DNA of 64,000 bases, taken from positions 103,201 to 167,200 of the forward strand of contig NIVC01002196.1 in the NCBI GenBank assembly GCA_002269645.1, given 5' to 3'. The position numbers were made by a program, and so were the translations under genes. Of the stretch, positions 61,601 to 64,000 are shown one piece after another (within the stretch, counting starts at the first letter, position 1; every line of letters starts with the position of its first letter). This stretch comes from Macrostomum lignano. Taxonomy: Eukaryota. Under the pieces are notes generated by a model, which did no database searches, had not been told where the DNA came from, and saw only the letters and a list, made by a program, of their open reading frames with translations.

Positions 61601-63056
61601 ATTCGCAGGTTCTTTCACCTGTATGTCCATCACTGTGTCCTTGTACGTAGGCTATACCATTGCTATTCTGAAATCCTTCTACGTACACGTCTTCAAACTA
61701 CTTGTAGAGCTGAGCGTACCCCGATCTGTCGCCGTGAGCCACTCCGCTCCTACCAGACGAGACGCTCAACCAGCTCAGGGGGAACAGTCGGCTCACGAAC
61801 CTCAGGAAGACTTAAAGAGCGAAGCCAGACGACTTGTTGAAGAGATGATGGAGCCCGAGGCAGCTGCTGGTAAGGCGTCTCTTTCAATTTATACCATTTT
61901 CAACAGCTTAAATTCGAATTGTAATATAATTTGAGTACCTTGTAGCTGAACCATCAATAGGATAGGAAAATAGTCAGCAACAGCTAACCCACCTCCCCCC
62001 TCACTCACGCTGCCACGCGACCCAAAAGTTATGTGGGAATTATGGGGTGGGGTACTGGCGCAACTCAACCCGCTGGTGGCTGGCCGTTCGAGCCCGATCT
62101 AGCGTGTCTGGTACTTCGTGAAGCAAAGAAAGAGTTCAGTAGGGTGCACTTTTGCATGCTCGTGGCTCCTGCACACGATCGTTGTGCCGCGGAGAAGCGT
62201 GAGTTGAGGTGGGTGTTGGTTGTTACTAGGTATAGATGTAGCTAGGTGTTCGTTTCTGTATTGAATACATTTTAATCACCAACCCGTTTTTCTACTGTTA
62301 AACTTATTTTAAAGCTATGATAGGCGAGTTAGTTTACACTAATTAGCTAAAATTCCGATGGCGGTGCAAACGGAGGCCTTAGACACTGCCGCAAATCAAA
62401 GCCAACCGCAGCACGGGAAACATCGTTTCTTGGAAAATTTGAGAAGGCGGGTTTTCCCGAAAAAATACACTACAGAAATAGGAAGTTTTCATTTTTTAAC
62501 ACAAAAATTGCTTTAAGTCGCTTTAAGACTTCGTGCTGCAAAATTTTATTCCACAGGCAACTCTCAGGCTCCGGAGGTCGGCAGTCCAAACGGTGAGTCG
62601 ATAAGTCCCAGCGATAGTGCACACTCGTCAATTATTGTTTTTCAGTAGCAAATTATCAATGCATTCTGCACACAGCAAAATCCCGCTGAGTTAATTATTA
62701 ATTTACACTGAGTAACGTATTCAATCATTTTCATACCATATCTTTCAATTGTTATTGATTGCGAATTGTCTTTTTTGCCCTTTGTCTGTCTCTATTCGTG
62801 TTTAGTGTAGTGCGCGAATGCTCTCCAATTACTTATTATTTTACTGCTATTAATCAATTAATTTGCTAAATTGGTGAGAACATTTGGGAAGGCAACAAAT
62901 TATAGGACTAGGACATAGAGGGGAACTCGGGCTTAGTGGCACTCGCAGCTTCATCCGGTAATGCAGAAGCTGAACTGACTGGCCGCCTGCGTCGCAGTCG
63001 CCGCCTCCGGCCGCCGAAATGTCAAAGAAATCCTATCGAGAAACCAACAACGAAAG
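38298..63056 (+). CDS. ANK: Canonical ankyrin (24 ANK repeats, ZU5-ZU5-UPA; death domain beyond the window), multi-exon, incomplete at the 3' end
   Basis: 24 repeats counted, from [15 protein letters not shown] to [14 protein letters not shown]. Hallmarks: [110 protein letters not shown]. All core junctions are GT-AG and phase-compatible. One -1 shift in an A run at ~59251-59256. Confidence 0.97.
38468..39545. repeat. 30-bp minisatellite (CTCACACCGGAATCTCTATGCTACACCATT)n, ~36 units
   Basis: Read directly; 10-aa periodicity in three shadow ORFs. Confidence 0.97.
41018..41053 (+). CDS. ANK: Candidate ankyrin first coding exon 1b ([12 protein letters not shown]|)
   Basis: Kozak gcgccATGG; 12 codons; donor GCC|GTAAGC, phase 0. 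Confidence 0.6.
42071..42094 (+). CDS. ANK: Candidate ankyrin first coding exon 1c (MGSGHGVK|)
   Basis: gcgATGG; 8 codons; donor AAA|GTAAGG, phase 0. Confidence 0.5.
42263..42364 (+). CDS. ANK: Ankyrin exon encoding ANK repeat 1
   Basis: ctgcgcag|GTC GAC CCG ([16 protein letters not shown]...TCNA), donor GCG|GTGAGC. Confidence 0.92.
42435..43238. repeat. 24-bp minisatellite (GAGTGACTAGAGCAGGGTGATAAA)n, ~33 units
   Basis: Read directly. Confidence 0.95.
44041..44660. repeat. 8-bp repeat (ACTCATGA)n with ACTCATAA and ACTC-insertion variants
   Basis: Read directly. Confidence 0.95.
45443..45523 (+). CDS. ANK: Candidate internal first exon of ankyrin ([27 protein letters not shown]|), downstream of the repeat-1 exon
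   Basis: gccgcATGG Kozak; donor ACC|GTGAGT, phase 0, compatible with the acceptor at 47316. Confidence 0.45.
45604..46540. repeat. 15/16-bp minisatellite (GAGTGACACAAATCGA)n with periodic AATAGTGAC variant
   Basis: Read directly. Confidence 0.95.
47316..47891 (+). CDS. ANK: Ankyrin exon, repeats 2-7
   Basis: ccatcag|AAC GGT CTC; 192 codons; CAG|GTGAGT. Confidence 0.95.
48706..49551 (+). CDS. ANK: Ankyrin exon, repeats 8-16
   Basis: ctccaag|GCT CGG AAC; 282 codons; GAG|GTGAGA. Confidence 0.95.
49628..50374 (+). CDS. ANK: Ankyrin exon, repeats 16-23
   Basis: cccctag|GTC GCC; 249 codons; TCG|GTGAGC. Confidence 0.95.
51103..51680. repeat. 28-bp minisatellite (TTGTAGCAGTGGGTTGTCTTCCCTGTTC)n, ~20 units
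   Basis: Read directly. Confidence 0.95.
51780..51963 (+). CDS. ANK: Ankyrin exon, repeat 24 and start of linker
   Basis: catgcag|CGC AAC TGG; ...[16 protein letters not shown]; donor G|GTGAGT, phase 1. Confidence 0.92.
52348..52622 (+). mobile_element. Short (unexpanded) copy of the 21-bp-satellite MITE family, ~3 degenerate units
   Basis: GGGGCGTCGGCCATGGATTTTATGGTGGGG...CATGTACATTATTTTGAGAATCGGTGTTGTCAGCACTGATTTTAGCGCAGCGAACACTCGTTTTAGCGCCGCAGGAGCTATTTTAGCGCCG; partial inverted end TCCATGGCC at ~52613-52621. Confidence 0.75.
52947..53132 (+). CDS. ANK: Candidate ankyrin linker cassette exon (62 codons, phase 1-1)
   Basis: ttcgaag|CG ACC ATG CCG; GC3-rich; weak donor G|GTACTT. Confidence 0.55.
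53624..54052 (+). CDS. ANK: Candidate ankyrin linker cassette exon, acidic/Pro/Gln-rich (143 codons, phase 1-1)
   Basis: accgcag|AG TCG GTG; donor ATC G|GTAAAC; lies inside the 201-aa ORF. Confidence 0.55.
54444..54599 (+). CDS. ANK: Candidate ankyrin linker cassette exon (52 codons, phase 1-1)
   Basis: aacccag|CG CAA CAG; donor CCT G|GTAAAG. Confidence 0.55.
55189..55256 (+). CDS. ANK: Ankyrin linker exon (phase 1-0)
   Basis: tttgcag|GC GAC GCA; AAG|GTGAGT; supplies the phase change needed to reach the next exon. Confidence 0.7.
55513..55649 (+). CDS. ANK: Ankyrin exon ending just before ZU5 (…RVPVVSG|)
   Basis: gtgcag|GAG; donor GG|GTGAGC, phase 2; joining to 58845 gives the conserved SGFLVSF. 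Confidence 0.85.
56639..56710 (+). CDS. ANK: Candidate ankyrin cassette or alternative first exon ([23 protein letters not shown]|)
   Basis: AG|G ATG; 72 nt; strong donor TG|GTAAGT, phase 2, matching the ZU5 exon acceptor. Confidence 0.45.
57180..57400. repeat. Degenerate ~33-bp repeat built on GGGACCTGGATTCC
   Basis: At least 3 clear units, with related motifs at 56930-57050. Confidence 0.75.
58585..58618. repeat. (CA)n microsatellite
   Basis: Read directly. Confidence 0.95.
58845..59897 (+). CDS. ANK: Ankyrin exon, ZU5-ZU5 and start of UPA (one -1 indel at ~59253)
   Basis: ttttcag|T TTC CTC GTG; AAG|GTAATA; adding one A restores [10 protein letters not shown]. Confidence 0.95.
59998..60577 (+). 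CDS. ANK: Ankyrin exon, UPA domain and Pro-rich extension
   Basis: cacgcag|ATG GAC AAG ACC CTC GAG; donor ACT G|GTGAGT. Confidence 0.92.
60622..60798 (+). CDS. ANK: Candidate ankyrin post-UPA exon (phase 1-1; acceptor uncertain, 60622 or 60633)
   Basis: Open frame [14 protein letters not shown]...FPDE; donor G|GTGAGT. Confidence 0.55.
61708..61869 (+). CDS. ANK: Candidate ankyrin post-UPA exon (54 codons, phase 1-1)
   Basis: cttgtag|AG CTG; GCT G|GTAAGG. Confidence 0.65.
62412..62515. mobile_element. Fragment (left arm) of the foldback family
   Basis: ACGGGAAAC...TTTCTTGGAAAATTTG and AAAAATACACTACAGAAATAGGAAGTTTTCATTTTT match the arms at 17000-17050, 25340-25415 and 32221-32248. Confidence 0.65.
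62557..62592 (+). CDS. ANK: Candidate 36-nt ankyrin mini-exon (phase 1-1)
   Basis: ttccacag|GC AAC TCT...AAC G|GTGAGT. Confidence 0.6.
62949..63056 (+). CDS. ANK: Candidate ankyrin post-UPA exon (36 codons, phase 1-1)
   Basis: actcgcag|CT TCA; AAA G|GTGAGA. Confidence 0.55.
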
Positions 63057-64000
63057 GTGAGAGTAAAAACTTGATGTGCAACTCTAATAACGAAAGCTCT
63101 AAATTTCTCTGTGTTGGGAGACTGAGTCGCTGTAGCATTGCTGTTCCCAGCTGATGGGGTATAGTTCATAACATAGTGCATAACTTGGAGCTGATCTGCA
63201 TCACCGAAATATCCGTGTAGATCTTAGTAAAGATTCCAGTTAACTCAGAACAAAATAACCAACTCAACTGAGATGCTCTGCTTTTATACTGTTGTGCTGC
63301 CTAACAAAAATCATTGCAGAATGTTTTTTCGCTTGACTAACCGTAGTGTACACTAGCAATAAGTTTCTAACCCATACTAACCAGCATGATTCTGTGCACT
63401 AGAATGCGCCCTCCGTCCCTTTGCTCTAAGACAGTCGATTGAACAGCCATCAATAAACAGGCGGATAAATCTGTTTGAGTCACTGAGTACATCTGCTGGT
63501 GCGAGTAGGATTAGCATACCATAACTCTCAGTTTTCAGCACTGAATTCAGGAGGGTGTGAGAGTGAATCTGAATCTTTAAATCTTTCTTATCTCTCAGGC
63601 AGCAAGAAAGAGAGACGGAGAGATGGAATTAGAATTTTTCTATGGACTTCAGACTCGCTCAGCTCGTAATTTTGTTTCCTTAATGGAAAATATGGCGGGG
63701 TGCAAGCGGGCACACGATGGCAAATAGATGGGCGGGTCTGACTGAGTGGCCTTGCGATAGGGCAGTAGAAATTATATCCGAATCAAGAGCGCCGTTTGCT
63801 GCGAAATACTCTCTGCCAGTCATAAATTTTTCACTCCCCTCTGCCCCAAGAGAGATCGGAATGGAAACAGGAGACCCGACAGAGCGTCCGCTCCTAGCCG
63901 CTCCTAGGAGCAAAATTTCTTCTGGTGCAGTCCTTATGGACTGATTTTACGCAACGCAGGTTAGGCGAGATCTTTGAGCTCTCTGGGAGAGAGGCTCCCC

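Noticed and set aside
62050-62105. Possible Pol III A/B boxes (TGGCGCAACT...GTTCGAGCC)
   Set aside because: Weak A box, no cloverleaf and no second copy seen.

Overview
Eukaryotic (animal) genomic DNA, not prokaryotic: GT-AG introns, GC3-rich exons, poly-Ala/poly-Gln tracts, and about 13 kb (~20%) of tandem repeats. The overall style suggests a free-living flatworm such as Macrostomum, but that is inference only. Four genes are supported. (1) An intronless Shaker/Kv1 potassium channel (+, 2152-3770). (2) An unidentified 3-exon gene (-, ~9288-13085). (3) A 7-exon metabotropic glutamate receptor (+, 19601-29282). (4) A canonical ankyrin (+, 38298 to beyond the window end) with 24 ANK repeats, ZU5-ZU5-UPA, several candidate alternative first exons and many in-frame cassette exons. 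Kv1 and mGluR carry many 1-2 nt deletions, most likely long-read consensus errors, whereas ankyrin has only one clear frameshift. Introns and intergenic DNA contain about 16 tandem-repeat arrays, several non-autonomous DNA transposons (hAT-like, mariner-like, long-TIR foldback) and a tRNA-derived SINE. The most distinctive structure is a hAT-like MITE family present three times: one copy has about 3 degenerate units of a 21-bp motif, and two copies have it independently expanded to about 56-58 units, i.e. transposon-borne satellite seeding. A second satellite sits between foldback-family termini. Other notable points are a Lys-to-Leu change in the mGluR glutamate pocket and the ankyrin isoform architecture. 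There is no CRISPR array, rRNA or intact tRNA, and the long repeat-derived ORFs are artefacts. All alignments were done by eye; no database searches were run.
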